Positions 35,693-48,836 of a stretch of 64,000 nt of DNA are shown piece after piece. The notes under the pieces were generated by a model, which was not told the origin of the DNA, did not search any database, and worked only from the letters and a program-made list of their open reading frames with translations. This DNA is from Phoronis australis. Its lineage: Eukaryota > Animalia > Phoronida. The number at the start of each line of letters is the position of its first letter. Positions within the stretch are counted from its first letter, which is position 1. The stretch is from NCBI GenBank assembly GCA_002633005.1, contig NMRA01000913.1, positions 37,573 through 101,572 on the forward strand, written 5' to 3'. A program made the translations under genes and the position numbers.

Positions 35693-37485
35693 TGGAGAAT
35701 GCCACCCGATTTAATTAGTCTTTTTTACCATCTTAATCGGTCTATATCCACATCGCCTCTTATACGGTCGACCTCACCTTGCCGAGAGGTGTCGCATTAA
35801 CCTGTGAGGAAGGTGAAAGGCGACGCAGCGATGTCAGTGGTTCGTCTGCAGAGTGAATGCCGCTATATTGCGATGCATCGGTTCCTGCTTGTCCGATCTA
35901 TGAAGCTGCTAAGAAAGTGGGTATATCGTTTTTTTCGACTTCCTCGAGAGCCTGAAATGCTTAGGAAGTGGCTCGCGGTAGTGAAGAATGAAAGGTATTG
36001 CCGTAATAGCTGAGATTGCCCGACCTCGGGAATCGAACCAGTGACCCCGATTTAACCGGAGAGCATGCTAACTATTCAGCTAATAGGCAGTTGCCCGTTA
36101 GCGACTGGCTAACAGAGGCTCAAAGATTCACCGGAAGCACTTTCACAACAGTATGCTGTTAATAGCAAGTATGAGGCCATGAAACATCTCCGTGTCTGTG
36201 GCCGGTATTTCAGCGACAATCATTTCTCTGACGAATTCGGGCTTACCAAAGAACTATCCATATGTTCCGTTGCCTATGCATGTTCACGGCGCCTCTCTAG
36301 TATTTTTTGATCAGTGTATTCCAGTTCGAACTGATAGCCTGTGAAACCTAACGATCTGACCAGTGAAGTCTTCGTCGGATGAGCTCTTCACTAAGTCGGG
36401 ATTGGCGCCAGGCGAGTTGCCATGTCGACGTTTGTTATTCTGCGTTCTGTTCAAAATGAATTATTATCATCCTAAAATGATCCTAACCAATGCTTATATG
36501 AAACTGAAACAAAGTCTGTCTCATCAGATACAATGTGTAATGCCTTGGAGTGCTCGTGAGTGCAAATGTTTTGAGAAGCCAGCATTGAATAAACCACTGC
36601 GTTACCGGCTTTAGATGCGATAAACCGAATTGACTGGGCACCGAGGCCATGTGAACGCATGCTAATTCGGTGTTTGCTGACAGAAAGCTGTTGTGAAACA
36701 ATTACTCAATTTTATATGCTATGGTAAGATGTTAGGGTAATCTTTATCTACATATTAACCTTTGACCGACGGTCTGTGGAAGGGGAACTTTGGGGGCCCT
36801 GAGAAGTAAGTAGATTTTCAGTTTCGTGGTTAATTCACATATATAATTACGTGCACATTATTTCTTTGGCTCACTAATATAGTCTTTTCATGACTGGAGG
36901 TTTAGTTTCCAACTCAAGCTGGTTTACGTTCGTGCCAGTCCCGGCGGGTGCGACGGGCCTTATCGGGTTTCGAGCCACTGACCGGGACAACAAGCATGTT
37001 GTGTGTTCAGAACTAAAAAAATCACAAGTATGAACAACACAGATCTAGGTACTCCTGTCTATATTTCACGGAAGAGTACTTCGAATTTATCTTTGAACAG
37101 ACCCCAAACTCCTGCTACGGCATTACCTTGGTAAATTGGCCTGCCGAACTTTGTAGGCTACAGCGTGTCCAAATACCAGTAAATCCGTAATAGCGAAATA
37201 AAACAACACGTTTTTATAAGAACTTGGTGTATTTTTAAGGGTTTTACATCGAAGTTTTATGATTTATTGGTGTTAAACGATGAATTCAAGCGATTAGCTG
37301 ACACCACTAACCCGTGTTGTGAACTGCTGAACAGACTGCGTGTGAAACCAATTACGTCATTGGATAATTTCAACACCTCCATCTTCCCTCAGGTGTCAGG
37401 TAACGCAACCGAACGTGCTGTTATCGAGTAGAACTACTCGATCTAAATTGATACAAAATAGGTTGTTTTTGGGTGGCATTCTCCT
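35693..37485 (+). mobile_element. Kolobok-like DNA transposon, non-autonomous, with decayed THAP domain
   Basis: TTAA|TGGAGAATGCCACCC ... GGGTGGCATTCTCCT|TTAA: TIRs with a TTAA TSD. Region 35857-36225 reads, with frameshifts, MPLYC..SVPAC...GISFFRLPREPEMLRKWL...HLRVCGRYF, the THAP zinc-finger pattern. Confidence 0.75.
36011..36150 (-). mobile_element. tRNA-related short insertion inside the THAP remnant
   Basis: Minus strand has TAGCTGAATAG (A-box-like) and GGTTCGATTCC (B-box). Flanked by imperfect ~16-bp direct repeats GTATTGCCGTAATAGC / GTATGCTGTTAATAGC. Confidence 0.6.
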
Positions 37486-38141
37486 TTAAAAACTGCACTC
37501 TTCCTTGAGTAAAATAAATTGTTTACCAATTTTGGGAAATTCATTGGCATTCTACCATTATTCTGTTGCTAAAATCGACTTTCGGCTCCACGAAATATTG
37601 TGTCACCTATTGGCCAGTTTCTTATTTCGCCGATTCTTCAACAAGCTGTTGTTCTTTCACGAGGTTGTGTACACGTCATAACAAATTATCGGAACTGATT
37701 TCACTTCATTTGCAAACCATATTTCAGTACAAATTTTGCTGCTGCAAAGCTGTCATCATCTCTCGAGAGACGTCGCAAAAAATTAGGAAATGGCTCGTGT
37801 GCGTGACACAAGCGTACTGTTTTCAAAACGACGACATACATCTCTTTTTTATAAAAGGTGGAGAATTACACAAGAAAATGATGCTTATTACATTGTTTTT
37901 CACTGAAACGATTGCAACGAGCAAACTGAGTGTTGGTTGACTCCCAGATTTTGCATGCACTACATGTTGAAGTAAGTTTCACAGCGAGGTGATGACCAGA
38001 ACTACCCGGATGCCTGCAATTTCGAGTTTTTTGGAGCTCAACACACAATGGTACCTAGCTGCATTTTGACAATAGTCTGCATACTGCTAGGTGGCTGACT
38101 ATCCTCAGCTCCATGAAAGCTTACTTCTATCTGTTAAGTAT

Positions 38142-41100
38142 CAGTCCACGGATCCACCGACCACCGTACAGCCAACAAGCGGCAAGGTGGGGGGTCAACC
38201 ATTCAGATCCATGTTTAGTCTGATAAATCACATTAGGGATGAGAGAAAATGGGTGAAGTATGACACCACAAAGTTTGGTGGTTTAGGAGATACAAGAGAA
38301 GTGTTCTGGGGGGCAAAATGAGGCAATTTCTTGGTTTGGAATGAGTCATTTTTGACCAAATTTTCTACTCCAGTTTCTGCTTCAAACAGAATCGTTTCTG
38401 AACAATTTTGATATCACATGATAGGTTGATGACCAATGTCAGTAAAAACGGCACCGACACTGCAATATCGGTTACCATGGTAACACTGGAACTGTTTCCG
38501 TGGAGGTACGTTTCAGTCTTGTGAAAAACCAGCAGTAAGCTGTACCCTTATAGCGAAGCTGCCCCCGCGAGAAAACTAAAAATAATAACATGGACATGTA
38601 GAAGACTCCATGCCCTTGAAATTAATACAATAAAAACTTTGTCAGCGCTTCAGGCAGGCTTGGTAATAGGTGTCTGAATTTCACTATTTTCAGACCGCGT
38701 ATGTGTATTTGTCATGTTAAACCAGTCACTAGTTGTGCGCCGTTTCTACGCATTAATATGCCGTGGTATAATACAACAATTAAAACAATTGGTTTGCTTA
38801 AATGTTTTTAATTAATTTTAAGGACACTAGAATTTCCCAATAAAATATGAAATTATACTAAATTTGTTCATCCAATTCGTCTGAATACCAAACTAAAGCT
38901 TACAATGCGTTAGTTGAATGATGGCTGACCTAAAGTGCGGGTTTGCGAATTTATCCATTTATCTGCCACTGCCAGTCGCATCAAATGTGGTATTTCTACA
39001 AATTGCGGAGAGAAACAACTTTGGAAACTCTAGGGAAATGCACAAGGTATAGAGCGAGACATTTGAGCACCTTATAAGAGTACGTGGAGCTGATGTGGAG
39101 GTGGAACGTGTCCTCCTGAGTAGTCTGTCTCAGTGTCTGCCTCGGAGGCACTGTGTGCAGCAGGAGCTACATAATCTACCGTATTAGGTTCACTTGCCCG
39201 AATCATCGTTACAACACTCGAGACATGTTGGCGTCGCCAAAGACACTTAGAACATTCACTGCACACTAGAGGAGAAATCTGATAGAGGTCTGAAAAATTA
39301 CCAAAGACGTTTAAAGTCAAGGTTCAACGTCCTGCTTCGTGTGAGCTCAGGTAGGAATCACTAAACTCCAGGGTCTGACCCTGAGGAATATTTTTAGAAG
39401 CACGTCATTCATGCAAAAATACTTTTATTGACACACCGTGATTGCTTATAACTTGGGCCTTATTGCTTAATCATATCTTATTCAAATGTGTTGATGTTTA
39501 TGCTACTACATGTATACATTGGCATAGAAAATAGGTAGTCATCATAACTTTTCATAACAACCACCAAATGTGTAACATGACTTCTGCCCATGAACTACTT
39601 TTAGAGACTAGGGAGTATGTTTTGTCTACCAATGATTTTCTGCGATTATGAAGTTAATTAAACATGCTAAAGCCGTCAAAAATATTGGTGCCTTCACTTA
39701 TTTTAGCTTGGTATTCATATTTTGTGAGCCGAAATGGCCACATTAAATTTAATATGTTTAATTTTTCATTAATACAATTTTAGGAATCAGGAAAGGCTTA
39801 TGCTGAAGAAGTGGCTTCTGCTGAAGTTGGAGACTTGCCGATTATTAGTAAAGGTTGGGTATGGAAAATTTCACAACCAGCAAGAAGGTACCCTTCTGGA
39901 CAACTAAGTGAGGGGGCTAGAGAGAGGCCGAAAAGTCTACTCCCAGAAGATATGTCAAAGAGAATTTGTAGCTTGAGGAACGAGTTGGGGAAAAAGTATT
40001 TGCCAAAGATTACTGGCTTATACCACAACAGGTCCAAAGTAATTTGTTGAGATAGGCCACTTTCAGCAAATGTGGGGAAACTGGGACAGAGGAAGTGGAG
40101 TATGCATAGAAAGAGGCAATCTGCGATTGTCAAGGATGTAGCATTGTAAAAATTCAAAGGGAGGAAACAGTACAGTGGCTGGACCTGTAAATACTCTGGC
40201 TGATCTGCTAAATCCAGTGGGGGCATTATTGTATCAGCACAGCTGTGTAGGGAAGTAGGCTTGTGTGTTGTCGCAAGCTTTGTTTGCACCAGAACTGCTT
40301 GTGTGAACAGCACAAATCTAAAATTTACCTAGTCTAAGACTGAATTTTTGTCCAGGCACGGATCATGATCCTGGGCCACATGGTAATGGTACATTGTTCA
40401 TTTTGTTTAGCCACTGGATTTTTTGGTCTGACAGGATTTCTCAGTGTGGCCATCACATTTAGATGATTTCTGACCACTGTACTGTTCCTTTTCCTTGAAG
40501 ATGCATAATTGATCTGAATTTATGTTTCCGCATTTTATTTACCATTATAGATTTTTGTTTGTAAATGGGTATATATTACTGAAATTTGAGACCCTGTTGC
40601 AGTTAGGCTGGTTTTGTTAACTTATCTTTCTACCTGGGTTGTAAACCCATATTCTGTCCAGGAGGTAATAAGTTTTGATTTAGACCATTTACCTCTATAA
40701 ACTTTGCTCAGTTTGTTCCTTATCCAGATGGGAAGTGATTTCTGGAATTGTAGCGAATTGACAGTTTGCTATTCCTTGAGACCATGCTGTGTGTATAAAA
40801 TCGCACACTATTAGTCTGGTCTCTAGCAATTGCATATTGCCAGATCTTTCAAAGTTCTGAAATTGCTCAAAAGTGACCTGGAAGTAATACCTATTTCGTG
40901 ATGGTAAAATATCTAAATCAAAAGTTGTTTTATGTGATTTTAGGCGAGTTTATGTCCACTTCAAATGATATTTTGTTGCAGTACTGAAAAGTATTGGCAC
41001 ATTAGCTCTGGTGGCTCCTTGTTTTTTTGGCGAATTGACCATTTTATGGTTCCCATGGGTAATTTTGTTACTGGTCTAGTATGTATGTACAACTGTAATC

Positions 41101-43160
41101 GTAGGGCAATTGTAATGCAAACCATGTTGCAAAAGTATTTTTTCATGACCATTTCATTGTAAAATGCTGCCTAATTGGAACCGACAAGCCAATTTTTCAT
41201 TTTGTGGTGGTTAGTTTTGATAAGAACATTGATGTGGTAAATACAGCTACCTCAAGTTTGTGAAGAAGAGATTTCCAGTGTTGTCAGCGATATTGCGAAA
41301 TCACTTTTTCGCAGTGAGACTACATCACCTTAAATGTAATTCCCTGACTTTATGAGCTTTGTGTGGTTGACTCTGTCCTGTAGCAATTAGAGTGTTGAAA
41401 AGATCTAGAAGGCAATTTTTTATTAGAGTCATAACATTTGCACTTTTGACTGTACAGTTATCTTTGCATTGTATTACGAAAACATATTTTGTAGTACACA
41501 AGTCTCTGGTTGGTATTTTATATTTTTTCACAAGGAATATTTTCAACTTAGATGAGTTGTCTGTGAGGTAGGCAATTTTCAAATAAGATAATGAATAAAA
41601 TTGTCAAACATTGTTTTATTTTTTAGATGTGTGATCTTCCAATAAGTGATTACTTTTAAAAAACCTGTGCAGAATTTGATTTTTACTCTTCATTTGAAGG
41701 AGAATAAATCCATAAACCTGCATTGTCTAGAAATTTTACTCAAACTACATATTACAGGGTTGGGGATTGGAATCTTAATACAACAGAGTCTGAACCCGTA
41801 CCATGAGCAATACAACACAATACAGTACACGGATATAAAAATTTGGTGTTTAGGTTCCACGGAAAGGATTCGTGTGCGCGGTAATAGTTACTAAGGTGCG
41901 TGGTCATTGTTTGTGGATACTTTGGGATTCCTCTTCTGTGGTCATCCACGGGAAACCTGGTCGCATAGAGAACAATAGATTAGCATCTTCATTGTTTCCG
42001 TTGTTATAATAAAGATATAATGACGAGCACTTATCGGCAACGGTCTGATGTACGCAAGGTTCTATATCCATGCGACCTGTGTTGTTACATCCAACAATGA
42101 CACAACAAAGGAAAACAATGATAGGACCGATGGGCGAAAAACATGCGACGAGTTGCCATGGACAGTGGTGGAGTTTGTCTTGTCATTCGAATGTTTTTAC
42201 AGAACTGCAAACCCGGTATTTCGTCAGGAAAATTTCTGCGGTCTTTTGTTTTAAGTCGTGGGAAAAATTGCGGTCATGCAACCAAACTTATCCTTCATTT
42301 GATATTACAATGCATTGCATGAACATTTGATCAACAGAAAATCTGACTTGAATATGTGTGAAGAAATACCCATGAGGAAATTGCAAAGTAAAACAACTGT
42401 AAATCAAAATAACCTACATTTGTCGAGTTCATGTCTAACCCTGTTCACTGTGGAGGACATAATCGGCTTTTTACAAAATGGAGCCATGTATGGTATTTAG
42501 GGGTACTATAGCCCTAAGTGATCAGTAGTAAAACGTTCAAAACATTCAGGAGGAACTAACTTGTTGCAAAATATCGAAAAACATGAAGGACAATCGGATT
42601 TTACGGTGCTCACGCATCGATCTCAGATATATGAAAATTTCTCATTTTAGTACATTTGAGGTGCCAAAATATATAACTAATAAACTGGCTGACAAAGTTT
42701 TTATTTTATGAAATGAAAGTAACATGTTTTGTCAACATTTTGGCTAAGTTTCATTCTCATAACAGTGGGGGCAGATTTGGTACAGCAGTGTACTGAACAC
42801 AACCTCAAAATGGCATAACGGGGGGCAGTGTAGTAAAACTACTAAATGAGGGTGGTAAATCGGAATCGTGTTTCAAGACATCTGTGTAACAATCTACAGG
42901 CACCACTAAACAATGCCAAGTGAATAATAAATCAATAGCTTTCATTCAAGGAAAAAGATGAACAGTTAAATCTGGACAGTTTTATACCGTGAAAACATGG
43001 CCATAAAATGTGTTTGAGCCTATAACTTTAGAAAAACGCAATATTTTGAGGAAATATTTTACCGCTGCTTATAGATCCCATAGGACTACCTATGTGCCAA
43101 ATTTGGTGAAAATCGGCTGACCCCCACCTTGCCGCTCATGGCTGGTGCTCTCGTGGACTA
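38142..43160 (+). mobile_element. ~5-kb decayed TIR DNA transposon (possibly Academ-like) in ALG5 intron 1
   Basis: Left end CAGTCCACG...CAGCCAACAAGCGGCAAGGTGGGGGGTCA; right end reverse complement TAGTCCACG...CAGCCATGAGCGGCAAGGTGGGGGTCA; flanks GTAT/GTAC. Stop-riddled Cys/His-rich coding remnants at 38919-40320. Confidence 0.6.
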
Positions 43161-43169
43161 GTACTTAAA

Positions 43170-43705
43170 ACATAACTCCAATACCATAAGGAAAAGGAGA
43201 GTATTGCAAACTCCAATAAACATTGACACAGATGTGTCAATTATGTCTCACACTAATTAAAAAATCATAGTCACATTGTTACAAGTACCTTTTGTGTATG
43301 GAGGGACACATTAGAAGGCTGTAAATGTTATTGACTCCTTCCAGCTCGAACAAATACTCCCGTAATCAAACTTAATGTTCGAGTAGTCTTTCATTCAGTT
43401 GCCCAAATCATGAAATGACCATGCCATTTTTAGCATTGAACATTGCAAGAGCTCCTGGCGGGTGTGGTAAAAATAGGAGCGCTTGCTGTGAAAAAATGGT
43501 CAGTTGCTGATTTGGGCAACATAACGAAGGACTGCTCGAAGAAAAAGTTTGATTACAGGATTATTTTTTTCTAGTTCATGGAAGGAACTACAGCCTCCTA
43601 AGGTGTCACTCTATGCGCAAAAGTTACTCGTAACAACATCTCTAAGATGTTTCAATCAGTGTGATGCATAATTCGCCGAAAAGCTTACGGCGTATGAAGT
43701 TTCTA
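43170..43705. mobile_element. Foldback/MITE with ~200-bp imperfect inverted arms
   Basis: For example GTTGCCCAAATCA (~43398) vs TGATTTGGGCAAC (~43508), GTAATCAAACTT vs AAGTTTGATTAC, and TTAGAAGGCTGTA vs TACAGCCTCCTAA. Confidence 0.65.
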
Positions 43706-43802
43706 TCAGATCCAGCTAGAGACAGTGGTCACTGTCTAGATTACTTGCTACTTGACTTGTCGTGGTCAGACAGTGACCGGCCACAATCGAAGGTCAAGCA
43801 AC

Positions 43803-43981
43803 AGCCAATCCCAGTGAATGTTGTGCACATCATGTAGTGACAAGATCAGCCAATCCCAGTGAATGTTGTGCACATCATGTAGTGACAAGATCAGCCAATC
43901 CCAGTGAATGTTGTGCACATCATGTAGTGACAAGATCAGCCAATCCCAGTGAATGTTGTGCACATCATGTAGTGACAAGAT
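43803..43981. repeat. ~45-bp tandem repeat x4
   Basis: (CAGCCAATCCCAGTGAATGTTGTGCACATCATGTAGTGACAAGAT)n. Confidence 0.9.
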
Positions 43982-44624
43982 TGTGAACCTTGCCACTCTG
44001 TCGACTCATCTATAATATGACTTTCAGTGCATGTATGTCGCTGTGCAATGACTAATGATGTAGGCTGTATCTCCTACTTTTCATTATTGATTTGGTTTAT
44101 TCTAGAGATTTGAATAAATTATGTTCTAATAGATTGAAATAACCTGCCATGCTTTGCTCTGTCCAGGTGGCAGCACTTCTTGATGAGCTATGTATGCTGA
44201 AATACTGCATTGTTGTTACAGCATTGGTTGGTGAACACAAATGAATTTAAAGGGGAATGTTAACTTTTCGAAGGCGTTCTTGATCAGTTTGGGGCATTTT
44301 AGTGACATACTATATAACAAGAATAACCATTTTTATGAACACGAAACCAACAAATTCTTCAAACCAAAATCATGGCTCAGTGAACAGGATCTAAAATGTC
44401 AGTTGTTTATGAAACTAAAGTTCTTTTGATTCCGAATCAGAGATGAGCATGGCATTTGAAAATTTCGAAATTTCAGATGTGTGTTAAAGCTAATGTGGGT
44501 GGGAACTGAGATGATTATTATATTCTAAAAGTATTTGATAGTCCTCTAGCAATATAAACATACAGGTATTACTTTCACTTGGAGGCCTTGCTGTTCAACT
44601 CAATGTGTCCTTTCCTTGCTTTAG

Positions 44625-44802
44625 ATTTGCATCTATGTAAAGTTGACTGGGAAGGCACATCCAGATATCAGTAGAAGAGAGAGTGAAAAGTTTTTTAAAG
44701 ACCCCAACAAGAATGAAGCTCAAGTTGCCTTCCCGAGCTTGTTTGATACTGGAACGGTCGACTTGTCCATTATAGTTCCATCATACAATGAAGAAGATAG
44801 GT
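44625..44802 (+). CDS. ALG5: Dolichyl-phosphate beta-glucosyltransferase, exon 2
   Basis: ccttgctttag| acceptor and T|GTAAGT donor. ICIYVKLTGKAHPDISRRESEKFFKDP...FPSLFD...LSIIVPSYNEEDR matches the ALG5 'EEKFF...LPSI.D....LSVVVPSYNEE.R' start of the GT2 domain. Confidence 0.93.
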
Positions 44803-45048
44803 GTAAGTGTTTGAAATGTGTCTCTGCAATGTGTCTCTGCAATGTGTCTCTGCAATGTGTCTTTGCAATGTGTCTCTGCAATGTGTCCATTTACTCCTGC
44901 TCACTATTTTATTATTTAAATCTGAACAGTTATTCTTTTTCTTTTGTCAAGTAGTTTTTTGAGCAGTTAATCAATCTTGCTGTAGGATCACAAAACGCCT
45001 GACATATTAATGTAGGATGGTATAATTTCATGCAGCGTCTGGTGAGGC

Positions 45049-46357
45049 ATTCTGCCAACTACTACATAGTCATTCTGCCTCTTGCCCACCCTGCCATCTG
45101 CTACATAGTTATTCTGCCTCTTGCTCATCCTGCCATCTGCTACATAGTCATTCTGCCTCTTATCCATCCTGCCATCTGTTACATAGTCATTCTGCCTCTT
45201 GCCCATCCTGCCATCTACTACATAGTTATTCTGCCTCTTGTTCATCCTGCCATCTGCTACATAGTCATTCTGCCTCTTATCCATCCTGCCATCTGTTACA
45301 TAGTCATTCTGCCTCTTGCCCATCCTGCCATCTACTACATAGTCATTCTGCCTCTTATCCATCCTGCCATCTGTTACATAGTCATTCTGCCTCTTGCCCA
45401 TCCTGCCATCTACTACATAGTTATTCTGCCTCTTGTTCATCCTGCCATCTGCTACATAGTCATTCTGCCTCTTATCCATCCTGCCATCTGTTACATAGTC
45501 ATTCTGCCTCTTGCCCATCCTGCCATCTACTACATAGTCATTCTGCCTCTTATCCATCCTGCCATCTGTTACATAGTCATTCTGCCTCTTGCCCATCCTG
45601 CCATCTACTACATAGTCATTCTGCCTCTTGCCCATCCTGCCATCTACTACATAGTTATTCTGCCTCTTGCCCATCCTGCCATCTACTACATAGTCATTCT
45701 GCCTCTTGCCCATCCTGCCATCTGCTACATAGTCATTCTGCCTCTTGCCTATCCTGCCATCTGCTACATAGTCATTCTGCCTCTTGCCCATCCTGCCATC
45801 TACTACATAGTTATTCTGCCTCTTGCCCATCCTGCCATCTACTACATAGTCATTCTGCCTCTTGCCCATCCTGCCATCTGCTACATAGTCATTCTGCCTC
45901 TTGCCTATCCTGCCATCTGCTACATAGTCATTCTGCCTCTTGCCCATCCTGCCATCTACTACATAGTTATTCTGCCTCTTGCCCATCCTGCCATCTACTA
46001 CATAGTCATTCTGCCTCTTGCCCATCCTGCCATCTGCTACATAGTCATTCTGCCTCTTGCCTATCCTGCCATCTGCTACATAGTCATTCTGCCTCTTGCC
46101 TATCCTGCCATCTGCTACATAGTCATTCTGCCTCTTGCCCACCCTGCCATCTGCTACATAGTCATTCTGCCTCTTGCCTATCCTGCCATCTGCTACATAG
46201 TCATTCTGCCTCTTGCCTATCCTGCCATCTGCTACATAGTCATTCTGCCTCTTGCCCACCCTGCCATCTGCTACATAGTCATTCTGCCTCTTATCCATCC
46301 TGCCATCTACTACATAGTCATTCTGCCTCTTGCCTATCCTGCCAACTGCTACATAGT
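45049..46357. repeat. 39-bp minisatellite (~33 units), continuing at 48837-48925 beyond the hAT-like insertion
   Basis: (CATCCTGCCATCTGCTACATAGTCATTCTGCCTCTTGCC)n with variant units. Confidence 0.95.
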
Positions 46358-48836
46358 CAGGGCTCGACATAACGAGCTGCAGGTCGCATTTGCGACCTGA
46401 AATTTGGAAATGCGAGCTGAGATTTTTGTCAGCTCGTATCAAGTCGCAAAATGTGACCTGGAATTTCCAACGAATGCGAGCTCAGTTTTTACACTTCTCG
46501 GCAGATACCTGGCAAATATAAAGCAGCTATTGTTAATCCGACCATTACTTGGTTGTTGCCAAATCCAAGTTCAAAAGACCACTAACTGAGAACAGCCCTC
46601 CCGATGACTTGTAAACAAGTCGCGTGACCATGGGATATGCAGAATCGATCTTTGATGCGTTTCATTGGCTAACATTTTCGGCCACTTATGCAAATTTCCG
46701 GATTTGCCGAAGAAAGTTTCGAGCCACATAACACGTGATAAAACCTCACAAAACAGTGGTGTTTCTATTAATTCTTAAGCGATCAACTTATCCAACTTTG
46801 TGGTGGACAAATACGTTTGTTTTTCGCTTAAGATGTTCTTATTACCTTTACCAAATATCCACGACAATATCCCTGATATCGCACTGTGGCACTGGTCTGT
46901 CCCGTTGTTAGCGTGCAAGCAGTCCCGGCAAGACAATCGTGACTTAGATATGTGCGCCTCGTTTTTATCCCATAAGACAGCCAAAGTGAAAATGACAACC
47001 TAGTAATCCCCAAACGACGATCACATCTTTACTTTCAATTGCCAAGAAATTCTCAAACCCCATTACTTGTTTCTCAGTGGGGCTACGTGTGCGAAATATG
47101 ATTTGTCTTTCACACATTGTTGCCAACGTAAAGTGTAGGCCTATTCCAGCGATTCAAGTGCGTGAACTCACGCGTGCGCACCGTTTTGAAGCTGTACATC
47201 AAAAGAGAACAGCGGCAGTCCTAAATGAAAGAGTATACCGGCTTGGCTCTGTCAAGCACCCGGGTGCCAATGGTTTATTTGAAAATGAACTCATAGATTT
47301 CCGGCGGTTACGATGCTTTACGATATTCCCCGGGACGGATGTAACCCAGAACTGATATTTTCCGGTTCCGATGTTTCTCGAGGTCGATGTTCTCTAAACC
47401 CTATATTCTATGCCCGTAGCCAGCTATTGCAACTAAACGGGTACTAGATGCGAAATTGTGTTTAGCGAACTTTTTATTCTTCTCTTCATACACCTCCCCC
47501 CGCCCCCTCCCGGGCAACTTTTCGTTCCCCTGACCACCGCCTCCGCAAAAATGTTCAGACTCCAATAGAAACAATCATGTTCCAGCTGAAGCGGGCAATT
47601 AAAAACAAAATTATTCCTTGTGGCTAAAAAGGGTACAGTGTAGGTGATAACGATATACAGAAAGTCACCCCTACTAGATGGAGTTTCCCTCGCAAAATCG
47701 CATTATTATGACGTTTCATTGTAGTCTTTAAATATCTTATTACCGCAAACACTCAGGTTAACGACTATGCTAACGCACAAGCCTACTCCCTACCTTTGAA
47801 GTGTTTCACAATAAGCGCTCACTGACCTACTAAGCGTTCCCCCTCAACTTTTGAGAATTTCCAATTAAGCGCCCACTGTTTAGGCTAGCGCCCATCATAT
47901 CGCACTACAAACGACCGCTCGTGGTTTAAAATTGACCCGCAGCCTATATGGTGTGTCACTCTCATTTCACACAACAAATTCCGTTTTCAAAAAATGTCTT
48001 TTCTCAATATGTAAAAACCAAATCCCAGCTTTGTTTTATACCTCCGAAGGAAAGTTAACACTAGTGACATGCGTGTCGTTTTGTGACTGACCTATTTTCC
48101 CCGTACGTGGAAGGTATATTGAGCAAACTTGCCATTACCAGATGGAAACTCGCACGGAGGGAGTCGGGAAATATTTGGAGGCTATTCACTTCATGGAAAA
48201 CTAATTGTTGAGTACGTAAACAGCATAACTACCACATTTTTGTTGTGAAATTTGCACTGAATTGTTTATTCGGTTAAAGCATCGTTTCACGGATATTTTG
48301 AGGAACGTTTTTCAAACATGAGTTAAGTTTCAAAATGTGGGCTGCGAACAAAAAGTGGAGGGAATTTGCCCTCGGAGTTAGTTCGAATCTTTAGCGACTT
48401 TGATGCCGGCCAGTAGCAGGTCAGACCTAGCAAAATCCTGGATACTTTTTCAACAGGCATTTTCTCCCTTTTCAAATCGCAAACTTAGCTACTCGAATGC
48501 ACGTGTCAGTTAGAGAGCACTAATTCAACTTTCACGTCGGGAACTTGACTTGCGCTCTAGAGACTTTCAATGGCGGTCGTGTAGAACTCTAAGGCCGTGC
48601 GTGCATGAACGAAGTCAGTTTTGGGATCTGAAATTTGTTGGAGTATTTAACGCGGCAGGAAAGAGCATCATCTAAACATTTTCTCGATGATCTAAAATCA
48701 ATTTCGGCGCGTAAAAATGGCGGGGAAATTTTGCAACCTGGCATTTATGAATGCGAGCTGGATTTTGGAAATGCGACCTGGGATTCTTGCTAGGTCGCAA
48801 AATGCGACCTGGCGATTTTAATAGCGTCGACCCCTG
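46358..48836 (+). mobile_element. Full-length non-autonomous hAT-like (hAT5-type) element, 2.5 kb
   Basis: TIRs CAGGGCTCGAC / GTCGACCCCTG, subterminal TGCGACCT/TGCGAGCT repeats, and an exact 5-bp TSD ATAGT; it splits the 39-bp minisatellite. Confidence 0.88.

Noticed and set aside
39798-40313. 171-aa minus-strand ORF
   Set aside because: Lies inside the decayed TIR element and shows no recognisable protein features.
1361-44802. ALG13-ALG5 glycosylation gene cluster
   Set aside because: The visible motif belongs to the OTUD4-like portion shared with long ALG13 isoforms. No ALG13 glycosyltransferase domain is in the window, so a pathway cluster is unsupported.
45030-46400. 456-aa hydrophobic + strand ORF (YIVILPLAHPAIC)n
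   Set aside because: Translation of a stop-free 39-bp minisatellite, with no splice or homology support.
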